From sequence record OZ195776.1: a DNA stretch of 64,000 nt; one strand, written 5' to 3'. Both the position numbers and the translations under genes were made by a program. Under the pieces are notes generated by a model. That model did not search any database and had not been told where the DNA came from. It saw only the letters and a program-made list of their open reading frames with translations. Below, piece by piece: positions 52,315 through 63,175 of this stretch; within the stretch, counting starts at the first letter, position 1, and the number at the start of each line of letters is the position of its first letter.

Positions 52315-54278
52315 TGTCAGACAATTACAACTTGCCGGTAGCATCCGGCTCGTTTGAAACAATCAAGCAAGATTTAATTCAGTACATGAATTCGCAAACT
52401 GAATTTAAAGACTACGATTTTACCGGTAGTCGTCTGAACGTCTTGGTTGATTTGCTTGCGTACAATACGATGTACATGCAGCATTACTCAAACGCTGCTT
52501 TGATGGAAGGGTTTATTCGAACCGCTCAGAGACACAGCAGCGTAGTACAACACGCTCAGGATATGGGATACAACCCATCTTCTATAAGCGCATCAACAAA
52601 TACAATCGGCATTACAGCGTATCATGCTGCAAATCCAACAGAAATCACTCTACCAACAGGTACTCGATTTTCTGCGGATGTAGATCAGCTAACATACTAC
52701 CCGTTTGTAACTTGGGATCCGCATATCCTAATTGGTGTCCGTGAAGATCCACTTGATCCACTATCTCCTATGGTGTATCGCGGTAACATATCGTTAGTCC
52801 AGGGTACACTAGGACGTTACGAGACGGCATTTGATTCAACACAATCGATTCAGATAAAAGATCCTGATTTGGACCGTCAGTTCGTTCGCGTATTCGTTGA
52901 TGCTCAAGAATGGACAAACTGGACGGACAAAAGTATCGTAAACACCAATGGTGGTAGTAACGTATTCTACTTGAGAGAGACTGTTGATGGCCACACCGAA
53001 GTTTACTTTGGCGAAGGCGCTACCACTGACTTTGTTGAGTCAGGAAACGCGTATGATCCTCAATACATTGGTGGCGCAAAACCAGTGAATGGACAGAACG
53101 TAGTTGTTCAGTACGTTAAAACATCTGGTCCACTAGCGAACGGCTCACGACGCTTTACATTTGCGGATGATATCGAAAACTTCGTGTTGGATGATGCAAA
53201 TATCTCTGATAACCCTAATAACGATGCAAACTTCACAGGTTCACTTGGCGGTGGTTATCCAGAAGGCACTGAGCGTATTCGAGAGCTTGCTCAAATCTAC
53301 CGCGAATCTCAACGTCGTTGTGTTACAAAACTAGATTACGAAACGTTCGTTTCTCAGCGTTACGGTAATATCGTTCAAGCGATTCAAGCGTACGGTGATA
53401 GCGAAAGACCTGGCTACGTATTCATTAGTATCAAACCAAAAAGTGGATTGACGCTTCCTCAAGTCGTGCGTGAAGATATCGAAGCGTATTTGCAGGAATT
53501 CAACATTGTGACGGTAACTCCGAAAGTGGTAGATCCTGAATATTTGTACATTCGACACAATTTACGCGTCAACTATCGTATTGGTTCGTTATCAGAAGGT
53601 GCGGATTACTTGAAGTCTGCGATTACTGCGGCGATATCCGAGTATTATTCTCGAGAAGTTGAGATATTCGAAGCATCGTATCACACGTCACGTATGTTGT
53701 CATTTGTTGATGCTTCTCATGCGTCAATTCTTGGTAGCCGATGTGATATTTCACTTATCCGTGAAATTGAAACGTTCTCGCAAACTCCAATGGCTGGTAC
53801 GAGCTTCTTGAATCCGATTCAAGAGCGTAGCTTAACCACAGGAAATATGCTGTATCTGACCAAGGATTATAATGTTCAATTGAAGTCTACAGCAAGACGT
53901 GGTGGCGAAACAACCGCGGATGTGGGTTGGTTAGTACTTGGTCCGTTTGCACCAGGTGACGTAACGAACGCAACTGATCCAGAAACTGGAGAACCAACAG
54001 GTCCATACACAGGCGACGATTTTGATCGAGTTCCGGATGGTAACCGTACGGAATATTACCGAGTTGGTACAATCAATTACGTTACTGGTATGATGGATTA
54101 CAACTTTGGTGTGTTGGGTATCAACACTGAAGAATGGGATTCTGTTGGATCTGGATACGTGACATTTGAAGTATCGCCAGTGCGTACAAACGTATACACA
54201 AGTGGCGGAAGTCTAATTGTGTATGAAAATGATTTGCGTCCAGACTACACAACCATAGTGCTAGAAGGAATTTCTTAA
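52314..54278 (+). CDS. 6: Baseplate wedge subunit gp6
   Basis: FETIKQDL...EFKDYDFTGSRLNVLVDLLAYNT, Q.RCVT..DY. Confidence 0.95.
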   Translation: MSDNYNLPVASGSFETIKQDLIQYMNSQTEFKDYDFTGSRLNVLVDLLAYNTMYMQHYSNAALMEGFIRTAQRHSSVVQHAQDMGYNPSSISASTNTIGITAYHAANPTEITLPTGTRFSADVDQLTYYPFVTWDPHILIGVREDPLDPLSPMVYRGNISLVQGTLGRYETAFDSTQSIQIKDPDLDRQFVRVFVDAQEWTNWTDKSIVNTNGGSNVFYLRETVDGHTEVYFGEGATTDFVESGNAYDPQYIGGAKPVNGQNVVVQYVKTSGPLANGSRRFTFADDIENFVLDDANISDNPNNDANFTGSLGGGYPEGTERIRELAQIYRESQRRCVTKLDYETFVSQRYGNIVQAIQAYGDSERPGYVFISIKPKSGLTLPQVVREDIEAYLQEFNIVTVTPKVVDPEYLYIRHNLRVNYRIGSLSEGADYLKSAITAAISEYYSREVEIFEASYHTSRMLSFVDASHASILGSRCDISLIREIETFSQTPMAGTSFLNPIQERSLTTGNMLYLTKDYNVQLKSTARRGGETTADVGWLVLGPFAPGDVTNATDPETGEPTGPYTGDDFDRVPDGNRTEYYRVGTINYVTGMMDYNFGVLGINTEEWDSVGSGYVTFEVSPVRTNVYTSGGSLIVYENDLRPDYTTIVLEGIS

Positions 54279-57200
54279 TGGCAACAGCAACTATTCCGGC
54301 GCCTCCTGTAAGGGAGGTGGCCATCACCACCTTAACAAGTCACTTCGCGCGTATCAACTGGGAAACGGTTGGTGAGGGTTTCCGTTACGAAATTCAATAC
54401 CGTTCTGGTGCGTCGTCAGAAGATGTACAAAAAGAGAATTATCGTTCAGTTTATCCAAATCCATGGACCGGCGAAACCACGTATTTCACGACTATTTCAC
54501 CAGAGGTAAAATTCTGGCAGTTTCGTGTGCGTGCAGTATACAAAGGCTTTTTGGATGGGGAATGGTCGGAATCGTTGATTGGCCAATCGGCTATCGAAAA
54601 TACATACGATTTATTCTCACAAACTGAGTTTACTCCTGCTACGTCGTTTATTCAAAACCGATTGGAGCAGAACAATGAAGCATACTTGAATCCACTAAAC
54701 ACGCTTCAAGCAACGCTATGTCGTCCTGGATACTTGTTTGATCCAGCAATGACTGATTATCGCGCAGCACAAAACTTCTTCGTAACGAATCCGAAATTCA
54801 GTGCGAATTACGGAACGATTCCTCAGGTGTGTAATCCAATTACACAAAACCGTCAGGTGCCTGCAGTGATTGATGATGTAATCTACGTTTTCGAGAAGTG
54901 GCAAGAAGTGTGTAAGATTTCAAACGATGGTGGAGCAACTTGGCAAACGTACGATGCGTTGAACGATCGAATTGGATTTCCAGTTTACAACTGCGTTGTT
55001 CAGCAAAACGATACTTTCAGCTACGTACTTGGTTACAATAACCTAATTCAAGGCGTTAGTTCATCCGACGTTGATTTCTCTCATGATAACGGTACTCAGT
55101 ATTCTTACGCGTCGGTCGATTTGACATTTGATAAATTGGATTACGACTTGGGATTCGGGTTCGAGGTTGAACGATTCACAAACTTGGCACCATTACCACC
55201 ACAAGTTACTCAGAAAGCTGATGCATTTGCTGTTGATAACATAATGACGGTTGTCAACTATAATAACACTTGGGTTTGGCACAATAACCGTGTTCCTGAC
55301 ATTGACGATAACGTGTCTTCTCCACACTATGGTGAGCGTTTATTCAGATACACTGGTCACGATGGTAGCAACAATCCAATATACGAACAGGGTGTAATTG
55401 TACCAAATGATTCGTCTCGTCCTGAATTTGACGAGAATACGAGTCCAGTTGCTGTTAAAAAGATGCAATACTTCATCGACCCTACTGGCAATGCTGAGCC
55501 AGGTAATGACATTGGTGCGATATACGCATTGGTAATGGGCGAGTGGATCTTAGATGCTGACGGTAACCGTGCTGGTGTTGTAGATCCAAACGAAATCCGT
55601 GGTATTTGGAGATTGAATCGCACACCGGTACAAGATTCAGATGGTGTGGTTGTAGATTTCACGAACTTTTCTTGGACTCGTGTATACGGCGAAAGTATCG
55701 TTGAGCGTCAATCCGTAAATGAATTCTCGACAATATCTCGCGATGAAACTCATCTAATCGTTGGTCACGACCTCATTCCTTTTGTAGGTGAGCCAGGAAC
55801 ACCATTGTACGATAGTCGTCAACAATCAAGTGGAGCTTCTGTGAAACTTGTGAATGGCGATTTTGATAACACGGTTGGTGGTTGGACTGCGATCAATGCA
55901 GGATATACGCTAACGTGGGATGATACAAATGGTCGAGCTCGTGTTGATTCAGTATCAGCGTCTGACGATAAACCTGAGATTATCAGCTCTGGTAATCCAA
56001 TGACGATTACTTCAGGTTCGTTGTACCAAATTGGCGCTAATTTTGATATGGAAGGTACCAACGTCGTGCCTAAAATTGTTATTCGTGAAGCGGGCAACCT
56101 ATCGAATATCATTCATACGATTTCCGGAGCCGCGACTAACGGAACGAGCAACAATCAACAACTAGTTAATGAATATTGGTCAAGTACGTTTAGTGGTGAT
56201 GTTGTGGTTGGTCTTCAATCGGATGCATCAGCAGCTACTGAGTCACCAGAAACAATATCAACGTGGTTTGATAACGCTCGATTTGGTGGATATCACTCTC
56301 AGCCAAAAGATTTCTACGGCACGATCGACGATCCCGAATTGGTGTTGACTGACCCAGACGTGTCTGAGGCTGTTCAGTTCTTCTCTCGTCCATTGTATAC
56401 GACAGAGAAACAACCTGGTCGTCAAATCATCGCTACCACAACGGGCGATGTTGGAGATTGGTCACCAAAACCACAAGACTATTACGGCGCATCGGATTTC
56501 AACTGGATGCAGCGTGGCGGTACTCGTGATGTTAAGAGTTGGGCACTGGAAATCATTTACTTGAAACCAGCAACAACATTTACTGAGGATTTTGACAATG
56601 CTGATGCTGTTCGTTGGAAAGAGACGCAAATCGATGAAACGTACTTGTTCCAAGCACCTGATTTGACCGTTCGCGGATTTAACGGGTATGCTGATGGAGC
56701 AATTATCCACACATCGAATGATGCAAAAGTACTTGGGTACTACAAGTTCCCATATCGCGTGGATGTAACAGCTCCGATTCGTTGGAACCCAACAACCCAC
56801 GTTGTAAGTGGATCGTTGATTGCATATGACCCAATTGTGATTACGCCACCATCTGAAAATGTATTCAAAATCAATGATCCTGAGTTAAGTCAGTTGATTT
56901 ACAAGTTTGCGCCAGAAGCGTACTTGGACAATGATGGATACTTCAAAAAGTTCATTGAATACTACATGCAGTACGTATCGAAGGGTACCAACTCATCGTA
57001 TAATAACCTGTACAACTTGATGAACAGCAAAAATCCATCAACGGAGCAGTATACTGAATACTTGCATAAGATGATTTACCAACGTAACCGTTATCTTGAT
57101 GATGACAAGCGTACGGCTGTTACCAAGTTCTTCTTGGAGCGTCGTGGTGATTTCTACAGCACGAAAGGCATTATCGATTCTTATCAATTCTTGTTTAAGT

Positions 57201-58255
57201 TGCTTTACAACGAAGCAGTTGAAGTTGAAGTTGAATCGCTAAATCGTTTTGAATACTTCTTGGAGGTATCTTCGAATGATGTAACCGCCGATGTTGTTGG
57301 TCGTCGTATGTACTCCGACAACGGTTCTGCTGATATCACGTACTACGAACGTCATTACGAAGACGGCAAACGTTATTGGAAATTCAGCTTAAACAACCTG
57401 ATTGGTTCGTTTGTTGAAGGCGATGAAATACAAATCGATGGTCTTGAGTTCACAGCAACCTCAAGAGGTAGCGTATCAGGCGATATAATCGATTATCAAG
57501 CGAAAGACTTTGCTGATCGAAACAAGTCATATTACGTTATGAAACTACGTAGTGAGATGCAATTGAGCCAGTATTACGACGATGTAATTCGCTTCGTACA
57601 TCCAGTTGGATTCAATTTCGTTGGTATTACAGTACTAACCGCATTGATTAACCAAGGTGTATCAATTGCTCGTGTCGAAAACATTGTAGATTTCTTCTTC
57701 ACCAACCGTGCGGATAGTGGAATCGGCAAGACGTTCCCAGCAATCACGTCTTACTTGGACGTGGACGGCAATCGTCAATATGATGATAAAGGTAACTTAC
57801 TGACCCGTGTTCACCACCTAGCTGGCCAACTTTGTTTGGATCATAGCATTATCGATTATGTAGCTGGTACAACTGGCATTACAGAAACGCAGTATAATGA
57901 CTATTGGGGCAATGATTATTCGATTGCACTCGACGAAACCAAAGCGATTAACGAAACTCGTATAGTCGAAACTGCAACGGGTGATCCGACAGATGAGTGG
58001 GGAGGTTTTACTAGAACAGTGAATCCTGACTTCAACCCAACAGCAACGGTTCGTATGGCAGACGTAAATAACTCAATACAATGGGACTTGACGCCCTATG
58101 ATAGAACCGGTGAAAACGTTCCTGGTTGTGCGTCAGCTTGGGCATCTGTATCGGATATGCGTAACGATCCATCACGTCGATTGAAAGACAATGTTGGTAA
58201 TCCATACGATCCAGAGGTGCCGACTCAGAAACATGTAGGAGATTTGAGTGGCTAA
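54278..58255 (+). CDS. 7: Baseplate wedge initiator gp7
   Basis: Position 6-7-8; FYSTKG...YQFLFKLLYNE.V and VHPVGF motifs. Confidence 0.85.
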   Translation: MATATIPAPPVREVAITTLTSHFARINWETVGEGFRYEIQYRSGASSEDVQKENYRSVYPNPWTGETTYFTTISPEVKFWQFRVRAVYKGFLDGEWSESLIGQSAIENTYDLFSQTEFTPATSFIQNRLEQNNEAYLNPLNTLQATLCRPGYLFDPAMTDYRAAQNFFVTNPKFSANYGTIPQVCNPITQNRQVPAVIDDVIYVFEKWQEVCKISNDGGATWQTYDALNDRIGFPVYNCVVQQNDTFSYVLGYNNLIQGVSSSDVDFSHDNGTQYSYASVDLTFDKLDYDLGFGFEVERFTNLAPLPPQVTQKADAFAVDNIMTVVNYNNTWVWHNNRVPDIDDNVSSPHYGERLFRYTGHDGSNNPIYEQGVIVPNDSSRPEFDENTSPVAVKKMQYFIDPTGNAEPGNDIGAIYALVMGEWILDADGNRAGVVDPNEIRGIWRLNRTPVQDSDGVVVDFTNFSWTRVYGESIVERQSVNEFSTISRDETHLIVGHDLIPFVGEPGTPLYDSRQQSSGASVKLVNGDFDNTVGGWTAINAGYTLTWDDTNGRARVDSVSASDDKPEIISSGNPMTITSGSLYQIGANFDMEGTNVVPKIVIREAGNLSNIIHTISGAATNGTSNNQQLVNEYWSSTFSGDVVVGLQSDASAATESPETISTWFDNARFGGYHSQPKDFYGTIDDPELVLTDPDVSEAVQFFSRPLYTTEKQPGRQIIATTTGDVGDWSPKPQDYYGASDFNWMQRGGTRDVKSWALEIIYLKPATTFTEDFDNADAVRWKETQIDETYLFQAPDLTVRGFNGYADGAIIHTSNDAKVLGYYKFPYRVDVTAPIRWNPTTHVVSGSLIAYDPIVITPPSENVFKINDPELSQLIYKFAPEAYLDNDGYFKKFIEYYMQYVSKGTNSSYNNLYNLMNSKNPSTEQYTEYLHKMIYQRNRYLDDDKRTAVTKFFLERRGDFYSTKGIIDSYQFLFKLLYNEAVEVEVESLNRFEYFLEVSSNDVTADVVGRRMYSDNGSADITYYERHYEDGKRYWKFSLNNLIGSFVEGDEIQIDGLEFTATSRGSVSGDIIDYQAKDFADRNKSYYVMKLRSEMQLSQYYDDVIRFVHPVGFNFVGITVLTALINQGVSIARVENIVDFFFTNRADSGIGKTFPAITSYLDVDGNRQYDDKGNLLTRVHHLAGQLCLDHSIIDYVAGTTGITETQYNDYWGNDYSIALDETKAINETRIVETATGDPTDEWGGFTRTVNPDFNPTATVRMADVNNSIQWDLTPYDRTGENVPGCASAWASVSDMRNDPSRRLKDNVGNPYDPEVPTQKHVGDLSG

Positions 58256-59270
58256 GATTTACAGAAGTACGATTACTACGGAATATCGTACTAAAAACCT
58301 GATGAACTTTTTTGACCAGATCGGCGATACAGCCGATCTGAACACAATTTATTTGATGTTCGGTCGTACGGAAAGTTGGTCAGATCGCGAAGATGAAATT
58401 AACTTCGCTCCTCCGTATCCTGATGATTCAGCGGACGGTCAAGCAGATGCTTGGGCTCGTGCGTTGGGTTTTGTTAAAATTCCAAGAACTCAATTACGTC
58501 CGGTTATTCCACGACGAGATTGGGGTGATCCAGACGTTACGGATCCGCTACGATTTACGTTTGGTGATATTGTGGTTGTGAATACAATCGCTGAAAACAG
58601 TCACCCGAGCGCATATCCTGGATACATGGTATATCGTTGTGTTGATATTCCAGAGACGGATCCAAACAACCCAGCCATTCGTGGCACGTGTAGTAAACCA
58701 GAAATTACCAATAAGTCGGATTGTGTGGCAGTTGGTGGTACTTGGTCTGCTCCGCGTTCACCTGGATTGGAAGAGAATATTCCACACGGTACTGGCAATG
58801 CGGTTAATACCGGCGATGGTTACATTTGGGAATATTTGTACACCATTCCACCAAGCGACGTAATCACTGACGTGACCAACGAATACATCGTATGTCCAAC
58901 TCCGAGTGATGTTATTGGAAATCGGAAAGCATGGGGATTGCATGAAGTAATCACGTTTGATCCGTCTTTGGACAACACAATCTTTAGTGTTGGTGCTACG
59001 CAATTGCGCTTCCGTTCTAAATTAATTGGTGGTGACTTTGCACACTTGTTCGGTCCAGGAAACAACGGATATCGTCAAGTGAATGTGGTACTGAATCCTT
59101 TATTGAAACGTTTGTCGGCAACTGAACCAGCCGTGAAAGCAACTGCGACGACGTACAATCCTGGCGATATTGAAGAAATGACCGGTGAGGTGATTTACAT
59201 GGAGAATCGCCAGCCAATTAAGAAATCAATTGACCAGGTTGAAGAGTTCAACTTGATCTTCCAATTCTAA
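58248..59270 (+). CDS. 8: Baseplate wedge subunit gp8
   Basis: FGRTESWSDRE...PPYP.D, PRRDW, GDGYIWEYLYTIP, GEVIYMENRQPI. Confidence 0.94.
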   Translation: MAKIYRSTITTEYRTKNLMNFFDQIGDTADLNTIYLMFGRTESWSDREDEINFAPPYPDDSADGQADAWARALGFVKIPRTQLRPVIPRRDWGDPDVTDPLRFTFGDIVVVNTIAENSHPSAYPGYMVYRCVDIPETDPNNPAIRGTCSKPEITNKSDCVAVGGTWSAPRSPGLEENIPHGTGNAVNTGDGYIWEYLYTIPPSDVITDVTNEYIVCPTPSDVIGNRKAWGLHEVITFDPSLDNTIFSVGATQLRFRSKLIGGDFAHLFGPGNNGYRQVNVVLNPLLKRLSATEPAVKATATTYNPGDIEEMTGEVIYMENRQPIKKSIDQVEEFNLIFQF

Positions 59271-59279
59271 GGAAACACG

Positions 59280-60233
59280 ATGGGACGTAAAAGACTTGAA
59301 ACTGGTACCGCTGGCTCGGTTGGTACCGGTGACACCATCCATAATGGTGGTAACAAACTACGTGATAATTCAGATGAGTTTTATCACATTTCTGCTGACT
59401 TTGAATTAACAGATGCTGGTGAATCGTATATCCCTGTTCAAGGAGATACCGCACCTCGTCCATTTGCAGATGGTTATTATAACCGCATACCACCGTCAAG
59501 CACAGCCGGTGGTATTGGTGGTCCAAACAACACCAACTTACAAAACAGCATAGTAACGGGTGGCAAATACGACCTAGATTCATCTACTGTCGGTGGTGGT
59601 GGTAATATGATTATTACACTACCTCGAATCGGAGTAGCAGCTGGTCAAGCCAAGCGCGGTGAGCATGTTGTATTCCAGAATACAACTGGATCGTTTTCGG
59701 ACAACCCTCTGGAGCTTCGTCCAGAAGCTGGTCAAGCAATACTGGGTGCAAATACAACAACCGGTTCTTATGTAATTCGAGATAACCACGTGCAGATCGA
59801 TTGTATCGTTACTGATGATGGTACCGGTGCTGCTGCTGAACCACAATGGACGATCAAGATTTCGCCAATTGGTGGGGAGTTTGGTGCTCCTGTTAACCAC
59901 ACAGAATATACAATTCCTAGTGGTGACTCTCGAGTGGTTGACTTGTTTGATGTTAACTCCTATCCAGCAATCAAAATTATGATGTTCGGAGAGAATCGAG
60001 ATACTGGTACTTCATTACCAACGCGTTGGACAGCATCGGAAATTCTGCTATTAAATACAGGCAGTGACGTTTACGTTGATGAATACAGTGTTATCAATTC
60101 AGATTCGGCTTTCGGATCGATGTACTCAATTGCTTGTGATATTTCAACAGGCAGGGTTCGAATGACTGTGACCTCAAACGATGATAACGTATCTGTATCG
60201 ATTAAGTCAATCGAAACAATCCGCTTAGTATAA
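59280..60233 (+). CDS. 9: Baseplate wedge tail-fibre connector gp9
   Basis: GTGDTIHNGGNKLRDN N-terminus; position between 8 and 10. Confidence 0.8.
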   Translation: MGRKRLETGTAGSVGTGDTIHNGGNKLRDNSDEFYHISADFELTDAGESYIPVQGDTAPRPFADGYYNRIPPSSTAGGIGGPNNTNLQNSIVTGGKYDLDSSTVGGGGNMIITLPRIGVAAGQAKRGEHVVFQNTTGSFSDNPLELRPEAGQAILGANTTTGSYVIRDNHVQIDCIVTDDGTGAAAEPQWTIKISPIGGEFGAPVNHTEYTIPSGDSRVVDLFDVNSYPAIKIMMFGENRDTGTSLPTRWTASEILLLNTGSDVYVDEYSVINSDSAFGSMYSIACDISTGRVRMTVTSNDDNVSVSIKSIETIRLV

Positions 60234-60242
60234 GGAAAACCA

Positions 60243-62489
60243 ATGAAGCAGACGATTAACGTCGGTTCTGTGGTTGATGACGGCACTGGCGACTATCTTC
60301 GCGCCAGTTCCATCAAAACCAGAGACAACTTTGACGAAATTTATAGAAACCTGGGCGATGGTGCAAACATCTTCGCGGCAGGTGCATGGAGAACGTGGCG
60401 TTATTCAGCGACGTTCTTAAATGGCGATACAACTTGGGACGACGCTAATCGAGAAGCATACTTCGATGAAGATGGCAATGGTCGTGGTCCATACCTAAAC
60501 TTACGCTTTGGTGAATCGTGGGTTATTGATACTTCGATTGCCTCCGTAGAATTGCAACTACCACCAGGTGTTGAGGAAGTAGATTACGGTAAATCGATTC
60601 GAATTCGTGACGCTCGTGGTACTTGGGATCGCTTTAAAGTAACAATTAAACCAGATCCGCGCGATTCAATCAAACGAGTTGCTGGTAGTTCTTCTGTGGA
60701 ACTGGGCAAATCTGTTGAATTTACAGATGCGTATCAAGATCTAGAGCTAGTGTTTACGCCACCTCGTCATTGGGAATACGTGGCACAGAAATATGTAAAT
60801 GGATTGACGTTCGGCGACGTTCCATCAGTTCTACGTCGTGCTATCTTGGCTCGTGAAGGACAGCGTGATTTTAACATCGAAGCTGAACTAGGTGGTGAGT
60901 ACAACAGCAGTGCTGTGGAAGTGTATCGTCGTGGTAACTTGATGTACTACGGAAGCGCAGGTCTCCAAGACGCTTCAGATTACGGCTCTATTCCATTACA
61001 CACAGTTCCAGCGTGGATTCCAAACAACCCGAATGCGTACATGGTAGGTGATTTGGTTGTTGGTCAAGCTGGTACAGCTTACGACGATCGTATTTGGCAA
61101 TGTAATACAGAACATAACTCGACTGGCGCGTGGGAACCTACGTATTGGACTGAGTTTGCAGATAAGCCTGATTACGCAGAATTTGCTGGATCGACCGCGT
61201 ATACAGCAGGTACAATTGTTTACCAAACAATAGACACGTACGATGAACTATTTGAATGTCTAGTGGCTCATACGTCCGCAGCAGGTACTACTGATCTCAC
61301 CACAGACAACAGATGGCGTCAGATCACAAATGGTGATTTAGCTCCTCTTGATGGTCGTACAATTCGTCTTCGTTTGGGTGCCGTTGAAGGTGATCCGATT
61401 GCTTGTGTGACTTATTTGGCAGATGTGTCGAGTTTCCGAAGCAGTTATGTGATGCGTTCAATACAAGTCGTTGACGAAGGGCACTTGGCAGTTGAAGCAG
61501 TTCCAGGACAGATAGTATCTCGTGTGCTTGAAGATGGAATGCAATTAACTCTTGCTGACTTCGCATTTCCCGCGTATACGCAGTACAATACAGAAACTCT
61601 AGAAGTTCTTGTGAATGGTACGTTGTTAATCCCAGCAAATACGGCAGGTTTGGGTGATGCTAATAGTGGTACTGACTACGATTACGATACTATTCAAGAT
61701 GCTGATGGTCGTTGGAATGGACTTCAATTTAACGAACCGTTAGTTGATTCAGACATCGTAACAATTCGTTGGTTTGATAACGTCATTGGTACGCTATTAA
61801 CGTGGGATGAAGGTCAAGATAACATTCAGAGCCGCTCGCGTGACATATTCGTATCGCGTGACGATTGGAGTGAAATCCGCCGTACAAACACGATGACTTA
61901 CTCGGATCCAGCAAATCCTAATGCGGGCAACGCGACAATCGATCCGGACGCTGAAGTTAACGCACCTGGTAGCAACCTAACTGATTTGATGAAGACAATT
62001 TATCCAATTGGCTCGGTTTACATAAACGCGAATAACCCAAACAATCCGTTCGATTACATGGGCTTTGGTACGTGGGTGCGTTATGGTGAAGGTCAAGCAA
62101 TCGTTGGTTGGAACAGCCAGGATGATGGTACATTCCACCGTAACAACAATAACGGTAACATTGTACAAGCTGGTGGTACTGGCGGCAATATCGGTGTGAC
62201 TCTAGTCGCGGCGAACATTCCAGAACTAATTAGTACAACCAACCCAAATTACGCAAATCCAGGTGATCGAGATATTGGCGACGTTACAGAGCAATATTCT
62301 TTGGTAGCTCGTAGTACCGCGTCTGGTGGTAGCATTAACTTGAATGGTTGTTTGGGCGATCCAACTGACTACACACCGTTGTCATACTACGCAGAAGAAC
62401 CTATCAAGGTAAATCATGGCAATGTAGCAGTGGCGGTAGATGTAGTTCAGCCGTTTATTACAGCCTACACGTGGATAAGGACTGAATAA
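60243..62489 (+). CDS. 10: Baseplate wedge subunit and tail pin gp10
   Basis: MKQTINVGSVVDDGTGDYLR, IYPIGSVYINANNPNNP..YMGFGTW, VQPFITAYTWIR. Confidence 0.94.
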   Translation: MKQTINVGSVVDDGTGDYLRASSIKTRDNFDEIYRNLGDGANIFAAGAWRTWRYSATFLNGDTTWDDANREAYFDEDGNGRGPYLNLRFGESWVIDTSIASVELQLPPGVEEVDYGKSIRIRDARGTWDRFKVTIKPDPRDSIKRVAGSSSVELGKSVEFTDAYQDLELVFTPPRHWEYVAQKYVNGLTFGDVPSVLRRAILAREGQRDFNIEAELGGEYNSSAVEVYRRGNLMYYGSAGLQDASDYGSIPLHTVPAWIPNNPNAYMVGDLVVGQAGTAYDDRIWQCNTEHNSTGAWEPTYWTEFADKPDYAEFAGSTAYTAGTIVYQTIDTYDELFECLVAHTSAAGTTDLTTDNRWRQITNGDLAPLDGRTIRLRLGAVEGDPIACVTYLADVSSFRSSYVMRSIQVVDEGHLAVEAVPGQIVSRVLEDGMQLTLADFAFPAYTQYNTETLEVLVNGTLLIPANTAGLGDANSGTDYDYDTIQDADGRWNGLQFNEPLVDSDIVTIRWFDNVIGTLLTWDEGQDNIQSRSRDIFVSRDDWSEIRRTNTMTYSDPANPNAGNATIDPDAEVNAPGSNLTDLMKTIYPIGSVYINANNPNNPFDYMGFGTWVRYGEGQAIVGWNSQDDGTFHRNNNNGNIVQAGGTGGNIGVTLVAANIPELISTTNPNYANPGDRDIGDVTEQYSLVARSTASGGSINLNGCLGDPTDYTPLSYYAEEPIKVNHGNVAVAVDVVQPFITAYTWIRTE

Positions 62490-63175
62490 TGTCAAGTAAA
62501 GCAGTACAAAGCACTCGTGTCATTTCAAACGAAGCGAGTGCGAAACAATTTAACCAAGATACGGTGTCGGATGCGACGCTATATCCTGGTAACCGATACA
62601 ACTTTAGAGGAGCCGTTTTAGGCGACTCTACGGTTGATGAGATTCGTAACGGTGGTTGGTCACCAAACGCTCAATCAGCTCTAATGCAATTAGCAATGGC
62701 GTCTGTATTACCAGTTGGTAGTTTGTTGATGTCAACTGACGCAACCAACCCGTTTAACACTGAGCAATTTCAAGAAACGATTACGTTCGGCGGCAGCTCT
62801 ACTGTAACATACATTGAATTGTACAATGTGTCAATTGAAGTTGCTGTTGGCGATGCAGGTAATGATGTGGCAGCAAAGGCGTTCGATGCGCTCATCGCTA
62901 CTGATTTGTTTGACATCGATCCAGGTGATTACACACCTGGTACCGCTACGTTTATTTTGAAACACAAATCGTCACGTCCGCATGCTACGCAATACACTAG
63001 CGTACCAACGGTCATCGTTAATCCGGATGGTACCAACACTGGCATTACGGCAGAGACGACTATTACTGGTGCATCGGACGGAGAGTTCTCGGTAGGATAT
63101 GGAGTTTGGAGCTTGTTTCATACCGACACTTCGACGTTCCCTGCGCCTGTATACTACTATCAAAGGACTTCGTAA
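62489..63175 (+). CDS. 11: Baseplate wedge subunit and tail pin gp11
   Basis: Position; LPVGS...P...G.GVW...YYQRT. Confidence 0.82.
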   Translation: MSSKAVQSTRVISNEASAKQFNQDTVSDATLYPGNRYNFRGAVLGDSTVDEIRNGGWSPNAQSALMQLAMASVLPVGSLLMSTDATNPFNTEQFQETITFGGSSTVTYIELYNVSIEVAVGDAGNDVAAKAFDALIATDLFDIDPGDYTPGTATFILKHKSSRPHATQYTSVPTVIVNPDGTNTGITAETTITGASDGEFSVGYGVWSLFHTDTSTFPAPVYYYQRTS

